From contig JANPLN010000035.1 in the NCBI GenBank assembly GCA_031426555.1, forward strand, positions 1 through 42,441: 42,441 nt of DNA. Direction: 5' to 3'. The translations under genes and the position numbers were made by a program. This document shows positions 7,955 to 18,608 of this stretch, in pieces (the first letter of the stretch is position 1; each line of letters opens with the position of its first letter). Origin of the DNA: Bdellovibrionales bacterium. GTDB taxonomy: Bacteria > Bdellovibrionota > Bdellovibrionia > Bdellovibrionales > JAGQZY01. Below the pieces are notes generated by a model. The model did not search any database, had not been told where the DNA came from, and saw only the letters and a list, made by a program, of their open reading frames with translations.

Positions 7955-10060
7955 ATGGCATTCAGTGTCGATACTCCTGTTCAATACGTCAAAGGGGTTG
8001 GACCCAAGCTTGGGGTCCTGCTTAAAAAAAAGGGTATCGAAACTCTTCGCGATCTTTTAGTATTTTACCCACGAGCCTACGAGGACCGCAGAGCCGCTCG
8101 CAGCATCGCCTCGCTCAATGACGGCGATTTTGTCGGTCTGCAGGCCGAGGTGGCCCGCTCCGCAGCCATCCCCATGGGACGCACCGGCCGAAAAATCTAC
8201 GACATCAGCATTCGCGACGCCAGCGGGCTCATTCACTGCAAATTTTTTCGCATTCCCTTTCGCGGTTACTTCGACAAATTCCAACCCGGTATGAAAGTCC
8301 GGGTTGTAGGCAAAGTGATTTTGTACCGCAACCAGCTGGAGTTTCATCACCCCGAACTGCACGAATGGACGGATGAAGAAATTAATGGCGACAAAGACGA
8401 GCTTCTGCCTATCTATTCCGAAACCGAAGGTCTCTCGTCCAAAAAACTGCAAGCCATCATTCGCTCCGCGCTGGAAGCCCTCGAGCTGCCAAAGAATTTA
8501 AGTCTAGATATGGAAAAGGATCCCGATTGGTTGCGCAAAAAGTACAACCTCGCAACCTATGCCGAATCTATTTATCGCATCCACGTGCCCGAAGCAGGAA
8601 TGGGGCAGAGTTACCTGGATCGACAAACGCCGTATCATCGGCGTTTGATCTTTGATGAGTTTTTTATGCTGGAGCTGATCCTCGCCTCGCGCAAAAAAGG
8701 CATGCAAAGCGAAAACGCTCCGCCCATTCCAGCCAACCCAGCCATTGAAGCAAAATTTTTAAAAAGTTTGCCCTTCGAGCTCACCAACGCGCAAAAAAAA
8801 GTCATCCTCGAAGTGCAACAAGACATGGCGCTCGCGCGTCCCATGAATCGCCTCGTGCAAGGAGATGTGGGCAGCGGAAAAACCATGGTGGCCATGATCA
8901 CCGCGCTGTCGGCACTCGCCAACGGCTATCAGGTGGCTATGATGGCACCCACCGAAATTTTAGCGCAACAGCACGCGCTCAACGCCGAAAAATTTTTAAA
9001 GCCGTTAGGGATCCAGGTTGGCTTCTTAAGCGGTCAGCTCAAAGGCAAAGAAAAATCTCAATCTCTCGAGGATCTCGCTTCAGGAAAAACCCAGTTTGTT
9101 GTGGGCACCCACGCTCTGATTCAAGACGGAGTGGCGTTTCACAATCTCGGCTACGTGGTGGTGGACGAGCAGCATCGCTTCGGCGTGCAACAACGGAGCA
9201 TGCTTAAAGGCAAAGCCCAAGAAAGCGGCCTATCGCCGCATTTTCTACTGATGACGGCCACGCCCATTCCGCGCAGCCTTGCCATGACTGTCTACGGCGA
9301 TCTCGACGCCTCCATCATCAACGAACTGCCAAAGGGCCGCCAAGCCATTGTCACGCGCGCCACGTATCAAAGCAAACGTGTGCAGGTGCTGCAATTTCTT
9401 CAAGAACAACTTGAACAAGGCCGTCAAGCCTACATTGTGTTTCCCTTGGTCGAAGAGAGCGAAAAGATAGATCTCAAATCGGCCACCAATGAATTTGAAA
9501 AATTAAAAAACGATCTGCCAAAATACCGGTTGGGATTGTTGCACGGAAAAATGAAAGCCGAAGAAAAAGATAGCATCATGGAATCCTTCCGCAAGCACGA
9601 AATCGACGTGTTGGTTTCTACCACCGTGATCGAAGTGGGGGTGGATGTTCCGAACGCCAACATCATGTGGGTGGAGCACGCCGAACGCTTCGGACTTTCT
9701 CAATTGCATCAGCTGCGCGGGCGCGTGGGGCGAGGTGAATACAAAAGCTATTGCATCTTGATGATGGGCTACGCCGTCTCGCCCGAAGCCCAAGACCGCG
9801 TGCGTTTTTTAGAAACCACCAACGACGGCTTCAAGGTCTCAGAATACGATTTAGAAATTCGCGGCCCCGGGGAGTTCCTCGGCGTGCGCCAGTCGGGCAT
9901 GCCGGGTTTTAAAATGGCCAGCCTCGTGCGCGATTTACCCATCCTCGAAGAAGCCCGGCAAGCCGCCTTCGAACTCCTCGAACGCGATCCAAAGCTTGCA
10001 CAAAAACAACACGAAAGCCTGCGCACTCTCCTCCAACATAGCCAAAAAAGCCTCGCCTAA
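7955..10060 (+). CDS. recG: ATP-dependent DNA helicase RecG
   Basis: QGDVGSGKT, MAPTEILAQQH, DEQHRFG, MTATPIPR, HQLRGRVGR, RGPGEFLG. Confidence 0.98.
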   Translation: MAFSVDTPVQYVKGVGPKLGVLLKKKGIETLRDLLVFYPRAYEDRRAARSIASLNDGDFVGLQAEVARSAAIPMGRTGRKIYDISIRDASGLIHCKFFRIPFRGYFDKFQPGMKVRVVGKVILYRNQLEFHHPELHEWTDEEINGDKDELLPIYSETEGLSSKKLQAIIRSALEALELPKNLSLDMEKDPDWLRKKYNLATYAESIYRIHVPEAGMGQSYLDRQTPYHRRLIFDEFFMLELILASRKKGMQSENAPPIPANPAIEAKFLKSLPFELTNAQKKVILEVQQDMALARPMNRLVQGDVGSGKTMVAMITALSALANGYQVAMMAPTEILAQQHALNAEKFLKPLGIQVGFLSGQLKGKEKSQSLEDLASGKTQFVVGTHALIQDGVAFHNLGYVVVDEQHRFGVQQRSMLKGKAQESGLSPHFLLMTATPIPRSLAMTVYGDLDASIINELPKGRQAIVTRATYQSKRVQVLQFLQEQLEQGRQAYIVFPLVEESEKIDLKSATNEFEKLKNDLPKYRLGLLHGKMKAEEKDSIMESFRKHEIDVLVSTTVIEVGVDVPNANIMWVEHAERFGLSQLHQLRGRVGRGEYKSYCILMMGYAVSPEAQDRVRFLETTNDGFKVSEYDLEIRGPGEFLGVRQSGMPGFKMASLVRDLPILEEARQAAFELLERDPKLAQKQHESLRTLLQHSQKSLA

Positions 10061-10142
10061 GGGCAGGAAATCTTCAGAAATCATCAGCAAACTCGTCCAT
10101 GGTCTCAGCACTTTTTGCTCTAAAATGCCGATGTTTTAACGT

Positions 10143-11090
10143 ATGGTATTTCTTAAACAATTGAAAAATTATCTGGTGTTTTTGAGTGCGGGCGCGCTTA
10201 TCAGCTCTTGTTCGTCCGAAACCAGCGAATTTTATTATGCAAATCTCGGTGTGGGCACACCAAAAATCATTGTCGCTAGCAACGCCGCCGGTGAGTACGC
10301 GCTCGCCATGTACGACATCAACGGAAATTTTATTCGCGTGCTCGCGGACTACAATCCTTCCAATTTGGCCCCGCGCGGTTTGGCGGCGCTGAATGAGTTT
10401 GAATTTTTAGTTTCCTACGACGGAACGAACATCGACGGTGTGAATCGCTTTAGCATTCTCGACGGCGAAGACACTTACATTCAAGACGTCAACCTCACTG
10501 GAAATATTTTTCAACTTCGGCGAAATGCAAACGACGAAACTTATGTTATTGAAACAAACACCATCGAGTCTTTTGACGATCTTGGACAAAGAATCAGCAA
10601 CCCGCGCATCGCAACCACCACGGGTTCCTGTGTGCTAGCTATTCCACGAGGAATGACCTTCAACGCCGCAGGAAATCTGATTGTTGTAGGAACTGGGAAC
10701 GACGACATTTTGGTTTACGATGTCAGTGATCCCACAACTACAACTTGCGTTCGGGCAAACGGTGTCTTTGCGGGGACTGTAGACCCTGTGGCGGTGCTCG
10801 CACACTCCGACGGTTTTTTGTATGTGGCCACTCAAGGTGACGATCGTATTTATCGCTTTGCCGGCGACGGCAGTGGGGCTGCGACAATTATTTTTAACAA
10901 CATCAGCTTCGTCAATAACCCAACAGCCCTTGTCGAAATGCCAGATGGCTCCTTGCTCATCGCATCCGACGGAACATCCACTCTCGTGAATATCAGTACC
11001 GCAGGCTTGCTAATCGGTTCCAATTATCTGGTGGGCGATGTATATACGAATTCGGTCAGCGATCTTATTATCTTGCAGGAGGAGCCTTGA
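10143..11090 (+). CDS. Lipoprotein with NHL-like beta-propeller
   Basis: Lipobox ISSC; repeated PRG / P-x-A-L blades, DGFLYVAT, DGSLLIAS. Confidence 0.65.
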   Translation: MVFLKQLKNYLVFLSAGALISSCSSETSEFYYANLGVGTPKIIVASNAAGEYALAMYDINGNFIRVLADYNPSNLAPRGLAALNEFEFLVSYDGTNIDGVNRFSILDGEDTYIQDVNLTGNIFQLRRNANDETYVIETNTIESFDDLGQRISNPRIATTTGSCVLAIPRGMTFNAAGNLIVVGTGNDDILVYDVSDPTTTTCVRANGVFAGTVDPVAVLAHSDGFLYVATQGDDRIYRFAGDGSGAATIIFNNISFVNNPTALVEMPDGSLLIASDGTSTLVNISTAGLLIGSNYLVGDVYTNSVSDLIILQEEP

Positions 11091-11782
11091 TTTTTTGGCT
11101 CGCTCTCCTAATTCAGACGGCTTCAGCTCAATGGTTTGATCAGGGATGGAACTTCGAGGCAGCCTATGGAATTTCCAATCACGAAATCACCAATCCCAAT
11201 TCCTCGAAAGCCATTTACGAAGGTTATGGCGGCCACGCTCTTGCAGCGTATCCTATTTGGCAGAACGAAAGTTTTTCGTTTGGCCCCCATCTCAAATATT
11301 TTTACTCGGAATTAAAAAACAACGCCAACACGAGCAGCCTTTCCGAAGACATTCGTTACTACGGCCTTGCACCGGGACTGGAGCTCAAGGTGGCCAATTT
11401 TTTTGTGGGCTACAATTTTAAATATCAGTGGTTGGCGGTGGAAATGTCGGGCGCCTTTAACAACAAAGTGAGTTCGCGCTTTAGCGGCGGGGAAGCTTAC
11501 CTCGGCATTGAAATTCCCTGGGAGCACTGGGCCCTGCGAATTTACTATTTACGCAGCGAAGGCGAAATCCCGTCATCCAACTCAGGCCTTTCTGCAAATT
11601 CCCCGTGGGCCGAAGAGAACGTGTTCTTAGCGATCCGCTACCGTTTCGGTGCAGCCCCCAAGCGCTCTGCCTTCGAACGCTCAGAACCCACCACCAGCGA
11701 ACCCTCCGAATACAGCGCCCCACGGCTTCCACGCCGCTCCTTCCGCGTCACCCCCAGCGGCAACAGCTACCTCAACGACTAG
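11087..11782 (+). CDS. Outer-membrane beta-barrel protein with Pro/Ser-rich tail
   Basis: Signal peptide, alternating aromatic strands ending AIRYRF; 4-bp overlap with the upstream gene. Confidence 0.6.
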   Translation: MIFWLALLIQTASAQWFDQGWNFEAAYGISNHEITNPNSSKAIYEGYGGHALAAYPIWQNESFSFGPHLKYFYSELKNNANTSSLSEDIRYYGLAPGLELKVANFFVGYNFKYQWLAVEMSGAFNNKVSSRFSGGEAYLGIEIPWEHWALRIYYLRSEGEIPSSNSGLSANSPWAEENVFLAIRYRFGAAPKRSAFERSEPTTSEPSEYSAPRLPRRSFRVTPSGNSYLND

Positions 11783-11791
11783 GCAACCACT

Positions 11792-11831
11792 AAAAGGTAC
11801 GGCGTACCGCAAGCGGTACGCCGTACCTTTT
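11792..11831. terminator. Perfect palindrome, bidirectional terminator or REP-like hairpin
   Basis: AAAAGGTACGGCGTACCGC-AA-GCGGTACGCCGTACCTTTT (19-bp arms) just after the 11782 stop. Confidence 0.75.
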
Positions 11832-11843
11832 GGTTGAGATCCG

Positions 11844-11881
11844 CGTCATTGGGGATTCGGCGTATTTTTTGCCCAATGACG
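11844..11881. repeat. 10-bp inverted repeat
   Basis: CGTCATTGGG-N18-CCCAATGACG. Confidence 0.5.
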
Positions 11882-12017
11882 ATTTTGCGCCTAGGAATTG
11901 CATTAATTTCTGTCAGAGATTTTAAAACAAATAAAGAGAGTTTGGAGAAAAGTTAAGCGTTGGTTGCCGAGACACTCAAGTAATTATTACAGGCGGGCAG
12001 AGTGGTTGCCTAAGTGT

Positions 12018-12046
12018 TTGATTAAATGTGTCAAAAGTGCTACACA
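12018..12046 (+). promoter_or_regulatory. Putative sigma-70 promoter for carD
   Basis: TTGATT-N17-TACACA with TG extended -10. Confidence 0.4.
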
Positions 12047-12083
12047 ACTTAGCTTCTGAATGCTGTCTCTCAAAGGAGAACTG

Positions 12084-12581
12084 ATGACTCAGGCCAGTGA
12101 ATTTATAGTTGGAAGCAATGTAGTGTACCCTGGACACGGTGTGGGTGAAGTCACCTCCATCGAAACCAAAGAAATTATGGGTAGCAAACATGTGTTTTAT
12201 TCTATACGTATTTTAGAAACTGGCATGAAAATCATGGTTCCCAAAAGCAACGTGACGAACGTAGGCCTCCGCCCCATCATTTCTAAAAACGAAGCCGGCA
12301 AAGTCATGGAAATCCTCAAACAAAAGAACGTCAAAATTGACAACCAAACCTGGAACCGCCGCTATCGCGAGTACAAAGAAAAAATCGATACGGGTTCCGT
12401 CTATGAAATTGCTGAAGTTTTGCGCGATCTATTCCTTTTAAAAGTTGATAAAGAACTCAGCTTCGGCGAACGCCAGATGCTGGATAAAGCCCGCAGCTTT
12501 TTGTTAAAGGAACTCTCTCTTACAACAAGCACTAGCGAGCTTTCACAACAAGACGACGTCCGCGATATTTTCGGGTTGTAA
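12084..12581 (+). CDS. carD: CarD/CdnL family transcription regulator
   Basis: VVYPGHGVG, MKIMVP, GLRPII, TWNRRYR, LSFGER; SD AAGGAG before ATG 12084. Confidence 0.95.
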   Translation: MTQASEFIVGSNVVYPGHGVGEVTSIETKEIMGSKHVFYSIRILETGMKIMVPKSNVTNVGLRPIISKNEAGKVMEILKQKNVKIDNQTWNRRYREYKEKIDTGSVYEIAEVLRDLFLLKVDKELSFGERQMLDKARSFLLKELSLTTSTSELSQQDDVRDIFGL

Positions 12582-12654
12582 TTCGTCTTTTCCGCGAGTA
12601 CTCGAATAGTAGCTACTCGCAAAGTCTCCTCGGGTAGCCTCTATGGAGGCGATC

Positions 12655-14109
12655 ATGTCCGTTCGTTTACGTTTTGCTCCCAGCCCTACAGGCCATTTGC
12701 ACGTCGGCGGTGCGCGAACCGCTCTCTACAATTATCTTTACGCTAAAAAAATGGGTGGCCAGTTTATCCTGCGCATCGAAGACACTGATGTTGAACGCAG
12801 CACCGAAGCCGCTTTAAAAATGCAAATCGAAGACTTGGTTTGGCTGGGTTTAAAATGGGACGAAGGCGTGGACCCAAAAACCCACGAGAGCTTTGGTCCC
12901 CACGGTCCCTATCGACAAAGTTTGCGAAAATCCATTTATCAAGAGCACGCGCAAAAACTTCTTCAGCAAGGCAAAACCTACTACGATTTTCGCACCGACG
13001 AAGAGCTCGATGCCATCAAACAACAGGCCGAAGCGGATGGTGGATTTCATCGAACCGCCCGACCAGAAAAAATTTATTCCCTCGAGGAAGCGCAAGCTAA
13101 ACTCGCCAAGGGCGAAAAAGCCGCTGTGCGCTTTCGCGTGGACGACATTCGCGATTACAAACTTCATGATCTGGTCCGCGGTGAGGTAAGCTTTCCCTCC
13201 GACATGGTGGGGGACTTTGTGATTTTGCGTTCCAACGGAATGCCTGTTTATAACTTTTGCTGTGTGGTGGATGATGCCCTTATGAAAATCACGCACGTGC
13301 TGCGCGCCGAAGAGCACTTGAGCAATACTTTACGCCAGCAAATGCTTTACGAAGCCTTTGGATATCCAACGCCACACTTTGGACATCTTTCGTTGGTGCT
13401 GGGGGAAGATCGACAGAAACTCAGCAAACGCCACGGCGCCACCAGCTGCCACGAGTACATGGAGCGCGGGTATTTGCCCGATGCACTTTTAAATTTTATT
13501 GCGCTTTTGGGTTGGGGAACCACGGACGACAAAGAAATCTTTTCGCGCCAAGAACTGATCGACGCGTTTTCGTTAGATCGTTTAAATCCTGCTGGCGCGG
13601 TGTTCGACGAAACAAAACTCAAGTGGATGAATTCCATCCACCTGCGAGCCATGGAACACAAGGAACTTTGGAAGCTGATTGACCCGCGCTTAAAAGCCCA
13701 CGGCATTGAATGCCCGCAGGATGCAGAATGGGTGGATCGCGCGCTCGGCTTATTTAAAACCTCCATGGAAACGCTCGAAGACGCCATCCCTCGGTTTCAA
13801 CCCATCGATGATCGACTGTTTAGTATCAAAGACGACGCGGCCGAAGTGTTTACCTGGGAGAGCACAAAAAAGGTTCTCGAAGCCTGGAAATTAGGATTGG
13901 AGAGCGCACCTGATTATATGACGGGTGAAGATTTTGAAAAATTACAAAATGGAATCAAAGACTCCGTGGGCGTAAAAGGCAAAAATCTTTTTATGCCCAT
14001 CCGTGTAGCGGTGATCGGTCAACCCCACGGAGCAGAACTAAAAATCTTGGTTCCCTTGCTGCATAAAAAATCTTTGCTCAATCGTGTTGATCAATGTTTA
14101 AAAAAATAA
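12655..14109 (+). CDS. gltX: Glutamate--tRNA ligase
   Basis: RFAPSPTGHLHVGG (HIGH), LRIEDTD, KLSKR; SD GGAGG before ATG 12655. Confidence 0.97.
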   Translation: MSVRLRFAPSPTGHLHVGGARTALYNYLYAKKMGGQFILRIEDTDVERSTEAALKMQIEDLVWLGLKWDEGVDPKTHESFGPHGPYRQSLRKSIYQEHAQKLLQQGKTYYDFRTDEELDAIKQQAEADGGFHRTARPEKIYSLEEAQAKLAKGEKAAVRFRVDDIRDYKLHDLVRGEVSFPSDMVGDFVILRSNGMPVYNFCCVVDDALMKITHVLRAEEHLSNTLRQQMLYEAFGYPTPHFGHLSLVLGEDRQKLSKRHGATSCHEYMERGYLPDALLNFIALLGWGTTDDKEIFSRQELIDAFSLDRLNPAGAVFDETKLKWMNSIHLRAMEHKELWKLIDPRLKAHGIECPQDAEWVDRALGLFKTSMETLEDAIPRFQPIDDRLFSIKDDAAEVFTWESTKKVLEAWKLGLESAPDYMTGEDFEKLQNGIKDSVGVKGKNLFMPIRVAVIGQPHGAELKILVPLLHKKSLLNRVDQCLKK

Positions 14110-14140
14110 TATTTGGCAAAATAAATGAGTAAAAAATTGA

Positions 14141-16186
14141 ATGGCAAAAAAAACCGAAGTTGAAAAGACAAAAATAAAAAAACAAGATAAAGGCGATAAA
14201 CTTTTTCGCCTCGAGACCACCTATAAACCTTCGGGCGATCAGCCCAAAGCCATTGAGCAGCTGGTTGGAAATTTTAAAAGTGGTCAAAAGCATCAAACCC
14301 TTTTGGGTGTCACGGGCAGCGGTAAAACCTTCACCATGGCCCATGTGATTGAGCAAATGGATTCTCCGGCATTGATCTTAGCGCACAATAAAACTTTGGC
14401 AGCGCAGCTGTACGCTGAGTTTAAAGAACTTTTTCCAGACAACGCCGTAGAATATTTTGTCAGCTACTACGATTACTATCAGCCCGAAGCTTATCTCCCA
14501 GCCTCAGACACATTTATCGAAAAAGACTCTGCGATTAACGAACAGATCGATCGCATGCGCCACTCCGCCACGCGTTCATTGTTTGATCGCCGTGATGTGA
14601 TCATTGTGAGCAGTGTATCGTGCATTTACGGTCTGGGGTCGCCCGAAGCCTACGAGGGCATGATGATTCACTTGATTGCGAATTCCGAAATGAAGCGCGA
14701 TCATTTGCTGCGCGAACTCGTGCGCATTCAGTATCCCCGGAACGACATCGACTTTCACCGTGGAACATTTCGCGTGCGCGGCGACGTGGTAGATATTTTT
14801 CCTCCTTACGAAGAAGATAAAATCATTCGCGTGGAATTTTTTGGCGACTACATCGACAAGCTGATGTGGATGGATCCGTTGACTGGGGAGGTCCTGCAGG
14901 AGCTGGATCGCATTGCGGTTTATCCAGGAAGCCATTACGTCAACACCGATGATCGCAAGAAACATGCTGTTGTCACAATACAGGAAGAGCTGCGCGAGCG
15001 TCTGCAAAATATGTCGGATAACATGAAGTTGCTCGAAGCCAAGCGCCTTGAGCAGCGCACCTATTACGACATTGAAATGATCGAAGAGATTGGCTTTTGC
15101 CAAGGGGTGGAAAACTATTCCCGCCACTTTACGGGGCGCGCTCCAGGCGAAGCGCCGCCGACGTTGCTCGAGTATTTTCCAAAAGATTTTATTACCTTTA
15201 TCGATGAGTCCCACGCGACAGTGCCGCAAATCGGCGGCATGTATCGCGGCGATCGCTCGCGCAAAATGACGTTGGTCGAACATGGCTTTCGTTTGCCATC
15301 GGCTCTGGACAACCGGCCCTTAAACTTTCAAGAATTTGAAAAATGTGTGGATCGTGTTGTCTATGTTTCTGCCACCCCCGGCGCTTACGAATTTGAGAAG
15401 TCGGGTGGCCTTATCGTGGAACAGATCATTCGTCCTACGGGGTTGGTCGATCCGATGATCGAAATCCGACCTGTTAAAAACCAGGTGCAAGATCTTATGG
15501 TTGAGATCAAACTTCGCACCGATCAAAAAGAGCGAGTGCTAATTACCACTCTCACAAAGAAAAGCGCTGAAGATCTGACAAACTACCTCGACGAGCAGGG
15601 GATTCAGGTTAAATATTTGCACAGTGATATCAAAACTGTGGAGCGCATGGAGATTATCAAAGATTTGCGTTTGGGAGTTTTTGATGTGCTTGTGGGAATC
15701 AATCTTCTGCGCGAAGGATTGGATATCCCCGAAGTGAGTTTAGTGGGAATCACCGACGCCGACAAAGAGGGCTTCTTGCGCTCGGAGCGCTCGCTGATTC
15801 AAACGATTGGTCGAGCGGCGCGGAACGTGAACGGGCGAGTGATTTTGTACGCCGATAAACAAACTGACAGCATTAAAAAAGCCATCGCCGAAACTGATCG
15901 TCGACGCACAATTCAAACCGCCTACAATTTAAAACATGGCATCACTCCGCAGACCATTAAAAAGTCCATTCCCAAGGGGCTCATGGAAGTTTATGGCAAA
16001 GTGGCTGGCGGGCAGCCTGCAGTGGCACTGGACAAGTTTATCAAGTACCCAGAAAAGATTGTGGCCGAGATCGAAAAGCTCAAACAGAAAATGAAGCAGG
16101 CATCCTTGGATTTAGAATTCGAAGACGCCGCCCGCTATCGCGACGAAATCCGCCGCCTGCAACTGATGCAACTGGAAGTGATGTAG
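14141..16186 (+). CDS. uvrB: Excinuclease ABC subunit B
   Basis: [32 protein letters not shown]-terminal UVR domain. Confidence 0.98.
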   Translation: MAKKTEVEKTKIKKQDKGDKLFRLETTYKPSGDQPKAIEQLVGNFKSGQKHQTLLGVTGSGKTFTMAHVIEQMDSPALILAHNKTLAAQLYAEFKELFPDNAVEYFVSYYDYYQPEAYLPASDTFIEKDSAINEQIDRMRHSATRSLFDRRDVIIVSSVSCIYGLGSPEAYEGMMIHLIANSEMKRDHLLRELVRIQYPRNDIDFHRGTFRVRGDVVDIFPPYEEDKIIRVEFFGDYIDKLMWMDPLTGEVLQELDRIAVYPGSHYVNTDDRKKHAVVTIQEELRERLQNMSDNMKLLEAKRLEQRTYYDIEMIEEIGFCQGVENYSRHFTGRAPGEAPPTLLEYFPKDFITFIDESHATVPQIGGMYRGDRSRKMTLVEHGFRLPSALDNRPLNFQEFEKCVDRVVYVSATPGAYEFEKSGGLIVEQIIRPTGLVDPMIEIRPVKNQVQDLMVEIKLRTDQKERVLITTLTKKSAEDLTNYLDEQGIQVKYLHSDIKTVERMEIIKDLRLGVFDVLVGINLLREGLDIPEVSLVGITDADKEGFLRSERSLIQTIGRAARNVNGRVILYADKQTDSIKKAIAETDRRRTIQTAYNLKHGITPQTIKKSIPKGLMEVYGKVAGGQPAVALDKFIKYPEKIVAEIEKLKQKMKQASLDLEFEDAARYRDEIRRLQLMQLEVM

Positions 16187-16380
16187 GTACGGACACACTT
16201 TTTGGGACTCTTTGCATAAAAAAATCTCCAATTTTTTAAAGGGCTTCTTTTTAAGACACGTCCATCCATGGACTCGCTCGCAGCTCGAAACATCGTGTTT
16301 GCGAGAGGTCTTAAAAAGAACCCTTTAAAAAATTGGAGATTTTTTTATGCAAAGAGTCCCAAAAAGTGTGTCCGTACCTA
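16184..16380. repeat. 197-bp foldback element (MITE/REPIN-like), 74/73-bp inverted arms
   Basis: Arms 16184-16257 and 16308-16380 are identical reverse complements except one extra C; the 50-bp spacer has its own hairpins. Confidence 0.9.
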
Positions 16381-16851
16381 GCAGCCGGCGGGGATGTGGT
16401 CGGCGGCGTCGATGGCGCCGATGGCCTCGAGCATGGCTTTCGAGCGCTTCTCGGTAATCTCGCCTGACTTGATCATTAGCCTGAGTTCGGATTTGAGAAC
16501 ATTGCTTCGCGTATCGTAAATCGCCTTGAAGAGTTCACTATTTAATCCAGTGAGATCGCCCTGATTATCGTAAAAGCAGGCGATGCGACTCAATAGTTTT
16601 AATACAGCCCGGGCATGTTCTTTTTGAAAAGGGCGAATTTTTAAAATTCTTTGCAGAGCTTCGGCACTGTCGTCCACAAAGCGATCTTGCTGGTTGATAG
16701 TTTTTGCATTCATGGGGTCGGGTTTAATTTGCGATATGGCAATTTTCTTTTCGAGAGCAATCGCCTGGGCACAGGGTTCGCAAACGGAGGGAGACTTAGC
16801 GAAGCTAAAACTTCCAGAAACAAGAACTAAGCTGCATAAAAATAGTCTCAT
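16378..16851 (-). CDS. Hypothetical secreted helical protein
   Basis: Signal peptide, CEPC motif; 10 bp downstream of the amidase gene. Confidence 0.65.
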   Translation of the reverse strand: MRLFLCSLVLVSGSFSFAKSPSVCEPCAQAIALEKKIAISQIKPDPMNAKTINQQDRFVDDSAEALQRILKIRPFQKEHARAVLKLLSRIACFYDNQGDLTGLNSELFKAIYDTRSNVLKSELRLMIKSGEITEKRSKAMLEAIGAIDAADHIPAGC

Positions 16852-16861
16852 AAATCCTTAC

Positions 16862-17944
16862 CTACATTAGACTGTATATGGCTTCGATTTTATTAGTACT
16901 CTTAATTGTTGGAGTCGCACGGCAGTAATCACTGCAATACATGTAGTCTCCCACTTGATAATCCAGGGCATCTTTTCCCATTTTTCTTTTAAGCTCGGCC
17001 GTAATGGGAACTTTGATTTCAATGTGCCCATAGTTGTGTTTTCGGCGTCCCGCGTAGCCACTATAAACGATAACGCTTCCACCGGGAGCATTAGCGATAT
17101 CGGCCGCACTCAGTGGATTATCTTTTGTGGAGTCGTTCCTTAGTCTCAGTTTTGGGCAAGAGCGCAAAAGGCTGCCCTTGGAGTGTGTTTCAAAGGCGTC
17201 TCCCTCTGGTTTTGAGGTGCAAATGCCAGAGTCCATAAGGCTTTCTTTAACCGCCTGCGCACACATTCCCTTTGAGCGGTTGCCGCTGCGGTAACCGCGT
17301 CCCATAAAACTTGCGAGTCTTCTTTTTTCAATGGCGTTTGTCCATGTGTTCAGTCCGAATTGTGAAAGATAACCATATCTGTCGGCCGTTAAACGACTAA
17401 AATCCTCCCGCTGTGTGGTTTCCTCCGCAGTGTTGCCATCAAACTCACCGGTGTCTTGATCGGGAAGATCTTCGCTCACGTCACCAGACATGGTGAGATC
17501 TTCAGCGGGAGCTGATTCGGAAAATTCCGCGTTGTTCGTTCCACCACCTGAAGGAACCGCTGGGATAGCCCCTTGACGAATCAGCAGCGCTTCGTCACTG
17601 GTCAGTGTGAGCCTCAAAGGGCGAGGTAAGTTTTCTCTATTTTCCGTATCAGGATCGAGAACATCGGGCGCCACCTGGCGAATCACGCTTTCCAGGCGAG
17701 ATCTTTCAATAAAACCCTCAGTGCCGTCGGGAAGGCGAATTCGCGACTGAAAGTTATTCCAGCGTATCACCTCAAAAGTTTCTCCGGCTTTGAGCTGATG
17801 AATCACTTCTGAGTTTTTTTTGGCTTCGCGAAGAACGGGAATATCAGATCCCGAAAAAAGATAAAGATTAGCCCAAGAAGCATTAGAAAAAAAAACTAAA
17901 AAGGTAAAACTGGATATAATAGAAAATTGTTTCAAAGAGTGCAT
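16862..17944 (-). CDS. Secreted SH3 + NlpC/P60/CHAP-like peptidoglycan amidase
   Basis: Signal peptide, SH3b (LREAKKNSEVIHQLKAGE..GTEGFI), acidic linker, GMCAQAV (Cys) and YGHIEI (His). Confidence 0.7.
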   Translation of the reverse strand: MHSLKQFSIISSFTFLVFFSNASWANLYLFSGSDIPVLREAKKNSEVIHQLKAGETFEVIRWNNFQSRIRLPDGTEGFIERSRLESVIRQVAPDVLDPDTENRENLPRPLRLTLTSDEALLIRQGAIPAVPSGGGTNNAEFSESAPAEDLTMSGDVSEDLPDQDTGEFDGNTAEETTQREDFSRLTADRYGYLSQFGLNTWTNAIEKRRLASFMGRGYRSGNRSKGMCAQAVKESLMDSGICTSKPEGDAFETHSKGSLLRSCPKLRLRNDSTKDNPLSAADIANAPGGSVIVYSGYAGRRKHNYGHIEIKVPITAELKRKMGKDALDYQVGDYMYCSDYCRATPTIKSTNKIEAIYSLM

Positions 17945-18077
17945 CTCCCCAAACTCTATTAGATGGCAAATTTCGTAAAAGGTAAAGTCACCGATACCTA
18001 AGTCTAAGGGCTATTTAAAGGTCGAGCTAGAGCGGATCTGGTCTATATTTTTAAGGAATACGAAATAAACTAAAGAG

Positions 18078-18608
18078 ATGAAATTGATATATATCATTCT
18101 GCTCTCTTTAGGTTCTTTTGGGTCCGATTTAACCACTGTCAGTGTGGATCAAAGCCAAAAAAAATTGGTGATTAACTTACATGGGACATCCCATGAATTT
18201 CCGATCGGTGTTCCGCAGGGTATGTCTCTCGATGGAAGTCCGCATCTTTACTCAGGCGAAGGGCTGCATTTAATTTTTACGAACGTCGAAGATCATGAGG
18301 TGGCAACAACATTGGTTCTTGCCGTCGATTCAAAAGGAAAAAAACTTTGGAGTTTTGACACCGAAGCTTTTAATAATTCTCCTCCGCTGATTGAAAAAAA
18401 ACACGTCTATCTTGCCGGTATGGGCAAGGTCTACAAGTTGGATGCCAAAACCGGAAGTCTTGCGTGGCGACACGAAGGGCTTTATGAAAACAAAAAGTAT
18501 AATTTTAATGGTGGAGAAGCAATTTCAAGACAAAAAGATGTCATTATTTTTTCACCAACGGTCCATGTAAAAGATTCCTCGGGAAAACTTCTTGAGGTGA
18601 CAAAATGA
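18078..18608 (+). CDS. Secreted PQQ-like beta-propeller repeat protein
   Basis: AVDSKGKKLWSF and KLDAKTGSLAWR blades; ATGA overlap with the M23 gene. Confidence 0.7.
   Translation: MKLIYIILLSLGSFGSDLTTVSVDQSQKKLVINLHGTSHEFPIGVPQGMSLDGSPHLYSGEGLHLIFTNVEDHEVATTLVLAVDSKGKKLWSFDTEAFNNSPPLIEKKHVYLAGMGKVYKLDAKTGSLAWRHEGLYENKKYNFNGGEAISRQKDVIIFSPTVHVKDSSGKLLEVTK

Noticed and set aside
14576..15283. Long antisense ORFs within uvrB, recG and gltX
   Set aside because: Antisense shadows of conserved genes with no recognisable motifs.
16184..16380. CRISPR array or IS element
   Set aside because: Inverted rather than direct spaced repeats; no cas or transposase gene in the window.
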